The notes under the pieces are model-generated. The model was not told the DNA's origin. It saw nothing but the letters and a program-made list of their open reading frames with translations, and did no database searches. Position numbers and translations under genes: made by a program. Below, piece after piece: positions 31,584 to 42,322 of a stretch of DNA of 64,000 nucleotides. The DNA comes from Prasinococcaceae sp. CCMP 1430 (lineage: Eukaryota > Plantae > Prasinodermophyta): contig RQSC01000757.1 in the NCBI GenBank assembly GCA_013416795.1, positions 140,610 to 204,609 of the forward strand, written 5' to 3'. Every line of letters starts with the position of its first letter. Within the stretch, counting starts at the first letter, position 1.

Positions 31584-32673
31584 GTGCACTCGTGCGCACT
31601 CGAGAGAGAGGCGCGGGCGGGGGCGCCACACGCGCCGCGCGCGGCGGGGGTGTCGGTGGCGGACGCGTCGGCGGATGCGGTCGACAGGGTCGCTCAGTCG
31701 GTGTGCCACCTCGGGCCGCTGCCCGCGCAGCCGTGGTCAGCGCGCCGCGGGACAGGCACTGTCATCGGCGAGGATGGGCTGATCGCGACCGCCGCGCACG
31801 TCGCGTGCTTCCGCGGGTGCGTGACTCCGAGCGCGCCCCGTGCCCGCTAGGACGCGGCTGCCGCGACAGATGTGTGCCCTCGCACGCGCCTGCGCGCCCT
31901 CGCGCGCTAGTTCAACCGCGATGCGCGCCGCTCGGGCCAGCGCCCAAGGGATCGCGCTGACATCGTTGCGCCCGCCGCGACGCCTGGACGCGCTGCTGCT
32001 CGCCGCCGGACGCCGCGCGCGCAGCAAGGACAACAAGATGGAGGCTATCGTCGGCAAGCGCATGTTCGAGGGCGTGGTGGTGGGCGTCCACTCGGAGCTA
32101 GACGTGGCGCTGGTGCGCCTCACGCACGAGATCACGAAGGGCATGCCACGCACGCCGCTCGCCGAGTGCGAGGGCGGCGCGCCGCCTGCAGTCGAACTCG
32201 CCGGGGAGGATGCGCTTCTCTCGATTCCTCCGGGCACGCCCGTGCGCTCGCTGGGGTACCCCGCGCCGTGGACGCTCAACCTCAAGTCGAGCAGCGCGCG
32301 CGCGGGCACGCGCACCGGCGAGGGCGTGCTCTCGGGCGTTGCGGCGGTGGGATCCGCCAACGAGGCTGCCATCGCGGAGGAGGGCGGCGACGCTGCCGCG
32401 GCCGTCGCGGCGGGCAAGCTGCATGCCACGCACGTCGCCCACAACGCGGGCGTGTCGAGCGGCCAGTCGGGCGGGCCCGTGTTCGCCGAGGATGGCGCCG
32501 TGCTTGGCATCTCCTCGGTGGGCGGCGGTGGCGTAGAGATCGCCGTGAGCTCCAACGTCCTCAGCGAGATTGTCGAGGGGGAGGGCGTCGAGTCTCTGTC
32601 CATGGGCAAGTGGGACAGGAGGGCTCTTGACATGGCCAACAAGGTGCTCGGCGTCCTCGGCCTGTCGACGTAG
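31584..32673 (+). CDS. Trypsin-like (HtrA/DegP-related) serine protease without a PDZ domain; intron 31817-32024; start unresolved
   Basis: The catalytic triad motifs are all present: GTGTVIGEDGLIATAAHV (His), ELDVALVRL (Asp) and SGQSGGPV (Ser). The phase-2 GT-AG join keeps the frame. Confidence 0.8.
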
Positions 32674-32924
32674 GGCCAGAGTGCCGCGCGTCAGCGCGCG
32701 TGCTAGTGTAAACACATTTTTTGGTTGCACTCGGCCTCGGCCACGGCCTCAGCGTCGGCATTACCCGTAGCTGTGTCTTCGTCTACACACAGGGTCCGCG
32801 ACGCGCCCATGGCGCGCGCACCCGCGCTGCAGCGTGCGCTGTGCGGCGACGCACGCTCGCGCGGATCTGCGTGCACGCGCGCGTTCGCATGCTGATTTGT
32901 GCGTGCCACACCGTCCCCCCGACG

Positions 32925-34528
32925 ATGTGCGAGGGCGGCACGCGCTCGGCAGCAGCCACCGAGGCTGCCGCCGGCGAAGGCGACGCGCGCAATGGAGCGG
33001 TAGCGAGGCGCGCCCTCGCACTGCTCCGCCAAGCGCGCGCAGCCGACGCGGTGCTCGAGCTGTGCGCGCGTGCTGCCAGCGATGCCGAGCCAGCCGCCGC
33101 CACCAAGGGCAACCGAGACGGAGGCAATGGTGGCAATGGCGATGGCCGAGGGGATGCGAGTGGCCGAGATGGCGGCAGCGAAGGCGGCGCGTCGCGATTC
33201 GACGTCGCAGCGCAGGTTCTGCTCGCCGAGCTGCTGACGCGCGACGCGACGCTCGCGGCGTTCCCGCCCCGTGCGGCATATGTCGAGCGGCTGCTCGCAG
33301 CCGCTGCGCGCCGCGCCGGTCGCGAGCGCTGCGAGCTCGCAGAGCCGTTGCTCGACCTGCTTGCGCCAATATGGGCTGGCACGGGCGTCGGTGCGGGCGG
33401 GGGGCAAGACAGGTGCGTACAGCGGGCGAATGCGCGCTGTGTGCTGTGAGTGTGGACAGACTCGATGCCACATGTGCTTGCGTATCGCGCTGACACACAC
33501 ACGCGCTCGCGCACGCACGCACACAACACATCCTTCACGCCACTCGCCACAAAACCACACGCGTGTGGGGTAGCGACGACGAGGGCAACACGGCGTCTGT
33601 GGGCTATGTGAGCCATACTCTGTCCGCGTCTGCGCGAGGTAGCAGCGGCCTCGCGCGGGTCGAGGCCGTGAGTGCGCGCTGCGACGCAAACGTGCTCGCG
33701 GGAAACACCGGCATGGCCGTCTGGGACGCTGGCCTGCGCCTCGGCGCGGCGCTGCTCTCGGGCGCGGATGATGACTCGCCACACGCACGAATCTCCGATC
33801 AAACGCATTCACACCGAGCCGCTGCCGCCATCGCCGCCATTGCCGCCGGGGGCCACGTGCTCGAGCTGGGCTGCGGCACGGCGTTCTCATCGCTGTGTGC
33901 GCTCGCAGCTGGCGCGGGTGGTGCGCTCGCTACCGACGGCGATGCCGCCGCGGTCAAAAACGCTGCTCACAATGCGTGGCGTGCCGACAGGACGGGTGCG
34001 GAGTCGATCGACGAGCGCTCGCGCGACGGGGGAGATAGCACCAGCGCGAGCAGTGCCAGCCGCTGTCGCTGCGAGGTGCTGTGGTGGCAGGACACTGACG
34101 TAGCGGCTTCGGAGGAGTTTGGCCAGCTGGGCCTCGGCGAAGGCGGTCAAAGCGGCGGCGAGGGCGGCCATGCGGGCGGTGGCGAATCGGACAACTGCGA
34201 ACACCCGTACGCCTTCGCTGCGGTGCTCGCCGCCGACGTCGCGTACGACCCGGAGAGCGTGGGCGCTCTCTCCCACACGCTCGGCTGGGCGCTACGCGCG
34301 CGCCTCGCACCCGTCGCTCTCATCGCCAACGCTCGGCGCACGCCCGGCGCGCTCGAGACCTTTCGCGCAGAGCTTGAGAGCTGTGGCCTGCGCGTGGACG
34401 ACCTCGCTGGCAGCCACGGGGCGCCCGACGAGACGCCCGAGGAGGCTGTCGCTGCGCTCTCGCGCGCGTTCGTCGAGCCGCCGCCGCCGACATTCGCCGT
34501 CAGGCTGTGGAGCGTCACGCTGGAGTGA
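32925..34528 (+). CDS. EEF2KMT/FAM86A-like protein-lysine methyltransferase; exons 32925-33412 and 33574-34528, ~480 aa
   Basis: The FAM86-like segment FPPRAAYVERLL...EPLLDLL is followed by Methyltransf_16 motifs TGMAVWDAG, VLELGCGT, ATDG, LWW and LAADVAYDP. Confidence 0.75.
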
Positions 34529-34595
34529 TGCTCAGTCGGACGCACGCATATGTAACATGTACTGTACAAGGGTATCGGCAGTTGGCCGCGCTCGG

Positions 34596-35598
34596 TCAGT
34601 CCTCAGCGCCTGCGCACGCAGCTGCAGCAGCCGTGCGCTCGGCGCGCTCGACGGCCTCGCGTCGCCGGTAGGCGGCCACGCGCGGATGAGCGGCGACGGC
34701 GTCGGCGATAGCCACGAGCCGCGGCGCGCCATCTATCAGGGCTGGCGGCACTGATATCGATGCGCGTCCGGCTCGCGTCAGCACACATGCTCGTGCGCAC
34801 GCGCTCACGAGGACTCGCGCACTCACGCGCAAAAGCCCAGGCGCAAAAGGCCGCCAGTGTGACGTACCGCCTTCGCAATAGCTCCCATCCTGGAGGCCCC
34901 GCACGACGCCGTGTAGCTCAAGGTCGGCGATGGTGAGCCTCTCGCCGCACACGTACGGACCGTCCTCGTTGCGTCCAGCGGCGGCCGCCGCCGAGCGCGC
35001 GACGGCCGCATCGAGCTGTGCGAGCCGCATGGGCAGCAGCACGCTATCGAGCGCCGATGCGACGCCCGCGACTTGCGCGGGCGTCAACGCTGATGCAGCG
35101 AAGAGCGTGCCATCGGCCGGGTTGCGCGGGAGTGCGTTGGCATACCAGCGCGGCAAGAGCGCAGACCTGTGCGGGAGGGCGCACCAGCGTCAGAGAGCGT
35201 CCACGCACGAGCGTGCGCGAGCTGCCGCCGCCGATGTGCGCCTCTCACCTGATGTCTCCGAGCGCACCCAGCACCTGCTCTATGTCGAGCAGCAGCTCTC
35301 GTGGATACAGCCCCGCGGCGTCGCCCGCCCAGCGCAGCAACGCACCGCTCTGCGCGAAGACGCGACCGGGCGCCCCCGGCAGTTCGAGCGTAGGCACCTG
35401 CCCAAACGGCAGCGAACCAGCAGCACGTAGCGCGACGAGGCCTTCGTAGTTCACGCGCACGTCTTCGAAGGAGTCTCCAACGTCGCCATCACCGAGGAAG
35501 GCAAGCGCCAGCCGGACGCCATCGGCGAAGCCAGCGATGTCGAGGTACGTCAGTCGCGGGCGCGCCACCCCGGGATGCGCCGCCGCCACCGGCGGCAT
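34596..35598 (-). CDS. GST: Glutathione S-transferase (sigma-like); exons 35249-35598, 34868-35166, 34596-34750, ~267 aa
   Basis: RLTYLDIAGFADGVRLAL...LPFGQVPTL...AQSGALLRWAG...YVCGERLTIADL...HPRVAAY; both introns are GT-AG and keep the frame. Confidence 0.92.
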
Positions 35599-35748
35599 CA
35601 ACACCGGCGCCAGCGCCCTGCCGTGCTGACCCGCGCTCGTCAGCTCACAAGAGCACAGCCGCGTGCTGCGGCGCGCGCGCGCTGTGACGCGTGCTTCGGG
35701 ACCTGCGCGTGCGCAGTTTGAGTTGCCAGACCGCTGCCGCCCGCCGCC

Positions 35749-37045
35749 ATGTGCGCATCTGCCGCTGCTGCCGCCGCCGCCGCGACGGCGGTGCGCTCTC
35801 CCCGCGCTTCGTCAGCGTGGCGTACTTCTTGGCGGTACGAGTACTACGCGCCCCGCGGCGCGCCTAAGGGCGCCCCCGCGGACGCCACGTGCGCCAGGGC
35901 CGTGCTGGCTCCGTTGCGGGAGTCGCGGCCTGCGCTTGGCGAGCGCGCGGGCTGCATCAATGTCCCGGACAAGGGCCGGGATGGACGCGGTGCGGTCGCC
36001 GCCACCGCGCGGGCGCTCATCGAGGCGGGGGCGGATCCGGCGGAGGTCGTGCCTCACTTCAGCTGTAAGACGATGGGTGGGGCGGGCGGGCGCAACGCGG
36101 CGTGCCACGACAGGCTCGCGGAGGTGCGTGCGCCTGCTTCGCGGGCCGGCAAGGCAATCTCTCGGCGACCGCGCCCCCTGACATTCGCAGGCACGGGAGG
36201 CGATGCATGCACGTCCTGCAGCGAACCGGCTGCGCGGCAGAATGGGGCAGCTGCCGCGAACGCCATAGACGCGTGCCGCAAGTGCGAGCCTTGGAGCGTG
36301 CTCCCGTGCTGACACGTCACCCATCGATGCACCAATCGCTCATGTTGCTGTGCGCGTGCGCGCGCCGCAGTTCCTGGGTGAGCTGAGCGCGCTAGGCATT
36401 GAGCGTGCGCTGGTGGTAACAGGCTCAGGCGAGCGGCCCGTCGGGTCACTGGAGGCCCTGCGCGAGCATGCGCGGCGGCAGCAGAAGAGTAGTGCCACTG
36501 GGGGAGGGCCTAAGCTGCACGTGGCCTTCAATCCATACGAGCCGGCCCTCGACGGCGAGCTCGACAGGCTGAGGGCAAAGCTTAGCACGGGCGTCGTTGC
36601 TGGCGTGTGGCTACAACTGGGGAGCGACCCCGAGGCGCTGCGGCGTGGCCTGGAGCAGCTGGAGGCGATCGCGAGGGACGAGCAGGCGCCCAAGCTGGAG
36701 CTTTACGGCAGCGTCTTGATGCCCTCGAAGCAGCTCCTAGCACGCTTCCGCTTTCGGCCCTGGGTGGGCGTTCGATTCAGCGATGAGTACCTCACCGACG
36801 TCGACGCCGCGCGCGGAATCACCCGCGCCGTGCTGCAGGTGTACGAGGCCCACGGCGTGACCCCGCTGTGGGAGAGCCGCATTAACACGGGCGCCGACGC
36901 CGACGACATCCAGGGGCTCATGGATGAGGCGGCGGACGCCTCCGCCCCGGCCGCCGGTAGCCCGGCTGCGACCGCCGGCGGCGCGGCCGCCTACGACGGA
37001 GGGCGCCGGCAGCCGAAGCGGCAGAGGCAGCTGGCCGACAACTGA
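35749..37045 (+). CDS. FAD-linked oxidoreductase-like (MTHFR catalytic-barrel-like) protein; exons 35749-36123 and 36371-37045, ~349 aa
   Basis: INVPDK...VVPHFSCK...ALVVTGSG...VAFNPY...ELDRLRAKL..G...VWLQ follows the MTHFR TIM-barrel motif order; there is no regulatory domain. Confidence 0.6.
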
Positions 37046-37162
37046 CGAGGGCCGCCGCACCCTGCCGGCGTCAGGCCGCGCGCCCACTCACACCCTCCTC
37101 GGCGTCGCACCTCGGCGTCGCATGTCGCTACTGTATTTAAGGTATTCCTCCACCAACATGTT

Positions 37163-40100
37163 TTGTACTATCAATTTGCATTCTCCATGACTTTTTGTAG
37201 AAACCCTCGTGGAGCGCTGCCCTCGCTGCTTCGCCGCTGGGGGAACCACAGCAGCAACCGCCCCCAGGCGCCTGTGCGCGCTCGCGCCCGAAGGGGGGGC
37301 GCCCTGGCGGCACACTGCTGCAGCTGCGCGCGTGTGGCGCGCGCACGCGCGCGCGGGCGCGCGCGCTCGCGTGCGGACGCGACGGCGGGCCCCGAGGCGG
37401 GTCGCCCTGCGGCGGCGCTGCTGGCGGCGCTCCTCGCGGCTGTATCGGCGGCGGCGGGGGCGGATGAGTACCCGCTCGTGGCGCCGCTCGCGGGTGACGT
37501 GCGACTGGCAGACCCGGCCGTGCTCATCGACGCTCTGCCTACGGCGGTAGAGTTTGCCGAGCGCGTCACCGACACATACGCGCGCGAATACGAGACCGTG
37601 TTTGGCGCTGGCTCGTCGGGAATGCCGTCCGCCGCGGCATCCGTGCGCAGGGCGGCGGCCGAGTACGTGTGCGCGCACTCTGCGGCGGCCGACGAGCCCG
37701 ACGACTCGTGGATCTCGGCCGCGCGAGGGCAAGCCGACGACGCGTTCGCGCGCTTCACGCAGCACCTTCGCGCCAATCTCACGACTGCGTACCTGCGAGC
37801 AGGCTGCTGGAGTCCCGGCGGGAAGGAGAAGCCTTGCCAACGCCAAGTGGTGGTGTTGGCGCTCGGCATTTTCGTCGGCGCGCCCGAGTGCGCGGTGGAG
37901 CTCCTGCGCGTCGCGGGCAACGAAGGCGACGAGGACAGCGGAGGCGATCAGCCCAAGCTGGCAATGGAGTACTGCGGGATAGATTTATTAGAGTCTGGGG
38001 CGGATGCCGTCGGCGGCGGCGAGACTGCCGTGTACGCCACGAGCAGGAGCACCGACGAGCGGCTGCCCAACGTGAGACCTACCCACCTCGCGTTTGACCA
38101 CGCGCTCGACGCGCGCCTCGTCGGCACCAACGTGTCTGTTCTGCGGTTGCAGCCGCCGCAAGCAGACGTGGAGGTGGCCACCGCAATGGGCTGCCTGGCG
38201 GTGCATCCAATGCTCACTCTGGCCTCGTTGGGTATAGGTCTCAAGTATGTGAAGGAGCCTTCGATCGGGCCAGACCCGTCTGACTCTTCGCCGCCATCGC
38301 CATCGCCTCGCCCGCCACCTCGTCCGCCTCTTCCACCGCCTTCGCCGCCTCCCGATGTCATTCCCCCTCGCCTCCAGCTCGCCTTTGCGAGCGCGCGTTC
38401 GTACACCGCTAGCTCATCCGCAGTGCTGCTGGTTGCGGCCAGCGAGCCGCTCGCTACCGTCGGCCTGCTTGCGGCCTTGCACGTGGTCAACGGCAGCGCT
38501 GTGCGTGCCGCCGAGACGACCACGTCCTATTACGACGAGTCCAGTGGCATGACAGAAGAGCTCGCGGAAGGCTTCGCGCTGGGCTGGGACGTAGAGGTAC
38601 TATTAGACAGCGGCACGACGGTGTCCGTGGACGTACCGGTGGGGGCAATTGTCGACCCCGCCGGTAACGCCAACCAGGTGGCATCCAACACGGCCACTCT
38701 GCGGCAGTACGTGGCGATGGGCGAAGCCGAGGTCGCCGCTACTATCTCAGCGGCTGCAGCGACAACAGTAGCCTTGTCTGTTGGCACCTCGGTGGTTACA
38801 TCGGTGGGGAGCTCCGTGGTGGCTTCGGCGGCGGCCTCGAGCGCCACTGCGGCACTGGGGACAAGCAGCATAGGGCTGAGCAGCGCGCTGGGCTCGGCAG
38901 TCAGCGTGATTGGTGCCGTGCAGACGCTCGCTCTGTCGGCGTCGCTAGCAATAGAGCTGCCCCCAATGTATCAGCTTGCCACCGACAGCGTCCAGTGGGC
39001 AATACTCGCGCAGCCCGCTGGCTCGACGCTCGAGTCCGGGGCGGTCGTCGCTACCGAGACTGCCGCCGGGAGGCGCAGGCTGGTGGAAGCTGGCTTCGAG
39101 TCCTCGGGCGTATCCAACGTCACGGGGACAGCCGACGGCGCTTTGGATTCGCTGGTCCTGAGCTTGAGCTCGCTGAGCACGCGTGATGAGCTCAGGCTGG
39201 TCGGGCTGGGTGCGCTTGGCATCGTCGTCGGCCTCACACCTCTGCACATGTGCGCCCTTGCAGCTTGGCGTCGCCTGCTCAAAGCCGACCCGCCCAGAGT
39301 GATGGCGCTCGGGAGGATTGAAATGATGGCAGTGGCGGGGGCTCTCGTACCCATCACGAATAAGGCTGCCACGCTTGCGGCCTCCGGCGTAAGCTCAGAC
39401 GCTGCCGTGGGCGCGGGAGTGCTCGGCCTGGTCGGAATCATCCTCTGTTGCTTGCTGTACGTCATAGTCGTGAATCTTGTCCTGGAGGACACGCGCGCGG
39501 TCGTGTTTGTGCGCAAAGTGGACGATGGCAAGACCGCGCTCGCACCACTCAAAAAGACACCCCTGCGCCGCATCTCGACCTTCTTCGCTGGGCGCATCGA
39601 CGGCTCGCCCGCGGACTACGAATGGCGCGTGGCTGACGAGCGCAGAGGAAAGTACTTCCACAGGTAGGGTGCTCGCGCTTTGTTGGTACCCACGTAGGCG
39701 TGCTTGTGCGCACGGCTGACGTGCCCCCCGCTATTGCGCATGCGCGTACGCCCCGGCGTGCGCGTACACAATAGTGTTTTTGCATTTCTCTACGAGCAGA
39801 CCGTGGGGCATGGCGCCCCGAACCAGACTCAGGCGCTGCGACCCGCAGATGATGCATCTCCGCGCGCCACGGACACGGCGTCCACGCGTCTGCCGCTGCA
39901 AGTGCGCAACGCATCGGAGCGCGTTGCGGCGTACGTGCGAGTGTTGTTCGCTCCATGTGCCCTGCTGGTGCTACCAGTGCTACAAGCGGCGGCGTACGGC
40001 GCCTACAGCACCACAAGCTTTCTTCTAAGCTCGATCGACCCCGCCGAGGACAGCAACAACACATTCAACCAGATTTACATGGTGCTCAGCGTGTTTGCCA

Positions 40101-40683
40101 CACAGCTGGTGTGGCTCTGTCTCACGAGCCCGTACATACACAAACTAAACCAAATGCTCCGAATGCTGGGCCTGCTCTGCGAGACTGCGGTTGTGCTCGT
40201 GGCGCTACGACTCGCTCTCCTGAGCGATCGCGTCACACCCGAGGAACAGGACACTGCAGGCGTGCTGCTGCTGGTCTTCGGGGCTCTGGGTGTCGTGCTC
40301 CCGCTCTCATACCACGCCATCATCACCATGCTGCAGGTGCGAGTGTTTTGGCAGCCCTTTCGCTGGAAGGTGCGCAGCCTGCGCAAGCGCGCGCTCCAGG
40401 TGAGGGCCATGCAGGATGGACCGGACGATGAAGCGCCTGCCCCGCCAGTGGAGCCGCCGCCGCCGCTGGCTACGTGGTTTGGCAACGGCACCGTGGGTGT
40501 CTCAAAGGTCAAGCCGGCGAGGGAGTGGCATGGTGCGGAAGAGGAGGTCGTCGGCATACAGGCTCGTATTCACCAGACAAGTGCGGCCGTGGTGACGCCA
40601 GCACCGAGCGGCAGTGAGCTGCCGGCGTCCTTCCACCGCACTGTTGAGGGCAGGCTGGTGGACTCACAGAAGGCCGAGACGGC

Positions 40684-40764
<81 letters not shown>

Positions 40765-40906
40765 TCATCTGAATCACATTTCCGTGCCCCCAACGACGCC
40801 CCCCGCCCGAGGGTGGGCGCGGCACGTCACCTCGGTGCTCGCGCTCGCCCGCGGCCACGCGGGGACTCCCACCGGCAACGGCTTTGGCTCGACGCCCCGA
40901 TTCTGA
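37163..40906 (+). CDS. Large multi-pass membrane protein with extracellular Pro-rich linker and bacterial Ig-like domain; intron 39664-39774, ~1210 aa
   Basis: It has a signal-like hydrophobic stretch, a (S)P-rich linker, an Ig-like motif 'VSVDVPVGAIVDPAGNANQVASN' and many TM helices. The phase-2 GT-AG intron (CTGAC branch) gives YFHS|VFAFLYE. The start codon is uncertain. Confidence 0.7.
40685..40765 (+). repeat. (CCCGAG)13 hexamer repeat encoding (PE)n
   Basis: Perfect tandem hexamer in the C-terminal tail of the membrane protein. Confidence 0.95.
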
Positions 40907-41255
40907 GGGGGGCGCGGGACCCCCCTGGCTGAACCTGATGGCGCCACACGCATTCACATTGGTCATTAAATTAATATCATTGTATCATGTACCCACGGGC
41001 GACACATCCAAGCAAATGCGAACGCCGCAACCCGATCCGGCCGATCCGGGCTCGCGATGTGGGGGGGCCACAGCGTGTGCGCGGAGCAGGGTTGACGGCA
41101 TCCCCCTCCCCCCCCCTTCCCCCCCCCCCTTTCCCCGCCGGTTGTAGCCACGTCCGAGCTGTGTGCGCCCTGCGACTCCCACCCCGCCGCCTCTTCCTCC
41201 CCCCCCTCTGCCACGCTCGCGCGCGCACAGCCGAGGTTGGGCGTAGAGCGCGGCG

Positions 41256-42146
41256 ATGCTGGTGGGGAAGGCCCGCGCGGCCGCGGCGCGGCGCCCCGGC
41301 GACGGGTGTCGCCGCGGGGTGCCCGCGCCTGCGCCGAGGGAAGGGCGGCATGGGAGCGCGGGCGGGGCGCGGGACGGGCGGTGGAGGTGCGCTCGCGGAG
41401 CGGGCGGGGGCGAGGGCGCGCCCGACCAGGCCGAAAAGCTGGCCTCGGAGCGCCTGGAGCGGCTCGAGAAGCTGCTCGGGTCGGCAACCGCCGAGGGCGA
41501 GTCAGAGGGGGACGTGCGCTCGCGCGGGCGGGCGGACGCAGCACTCGACGCAGCGCCTCCGGCTGACGATGGGAGAAGGGACACCGGCGCGAGCTCGCTG
41601 CTTGGGGGCGTGCAGTCGACCCTGCGCACGGCGCTTCTGAGCGCTCGCAGCGCGCGCTTGAATGCGGTCGCCGTGGGGGGCGTGGTTGTTGTAGGCGACC
41701 GCGAGCTGCCCGAGCGCGGGCTGTATCGTGCAGCCGTGTACGAAGTCAGGGGAATCTTCTACTTGCGTCGCGGGGCAGCCCCAGCACTCAATGCCTCCGA
41801 AGTTCGCGAGAATCGCCTCGACACCATCGGCGACCAGCGGCGCCCTCCCGACGCCGACTTGTGGCTGGAGCTGTACTCCGAGAGATTCCACGCCCCCGAA
41901 GATGAGCGAGGGGAGGGCGAGAGCGCCAACGGCGGCAGCAAGCGCCGGCAAATCGACCCACTCCTGGGCGCACGCGGCGGGCCAGACGGCGGCAGGGGCA
42001 CCCCAGTGTTGTGCCGTGCGTCTGAGCTGGATCTTCGCACGGTCGACGCCGAGATTGCAGAAGCGCTCTCGATCGCAGTGGTCCCGCTCTCGTTCTGGCT
42101 GACGTTCATCGCGCTCGTGCTGGCGTACGGAAATGCGACGCGCTGA
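41256..42146 (+). CDS. Hypothetical protein with C-terminal transmembrane helix, 296 aa
   Basis: ATG-initiated ORF with an Arg/Ala-rich, transit-peptide-like N-terminus, a globular middle and a hydrophobic C-terminus (AVVPLSFWLTFIALVLAY). Confidence 0.6.
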   Translation: MLVGKARAAAARRPGDGCRRGVPAPAPREGRHGSAGGARDGRWRCARGAGGGEGAPDQAEKLASERLERLEKLLGSATAEGESEGDVRSRGRADAALDAAPPADDGRRDTGASSLLGGVQSTLRTALLSARSARLNAVAVGGVVVVGDRELPERGLYRAAVYEVRGIFYLRRGAAPALNASEVRENRLDTIGDQRRPPDADLWLELYSERFHAPEDERGEGESANGGSKRRQIDPLLGARGGPDGGRGTPVLCRASELDLRTVDAEIAEALSIAVVPLSFWLTFIALVLAYGNATR

Positions 42147-42322
42147 GTGGACGACGCGCTCGGTGCATGTTCTCGTATCATTAGGTGGAATTGTTAATGG
42201 TGGCCGTGCCGACACCTGTCCCCCGACCGCCGCGCGCCGACGCAGCGCTGCGCAGAGGGGGAGCACGTGCCTGCAGCGAGGCGCAAATATTAGATGGGTG
42301 GGCGCGCCCGGAGACGCACAGC

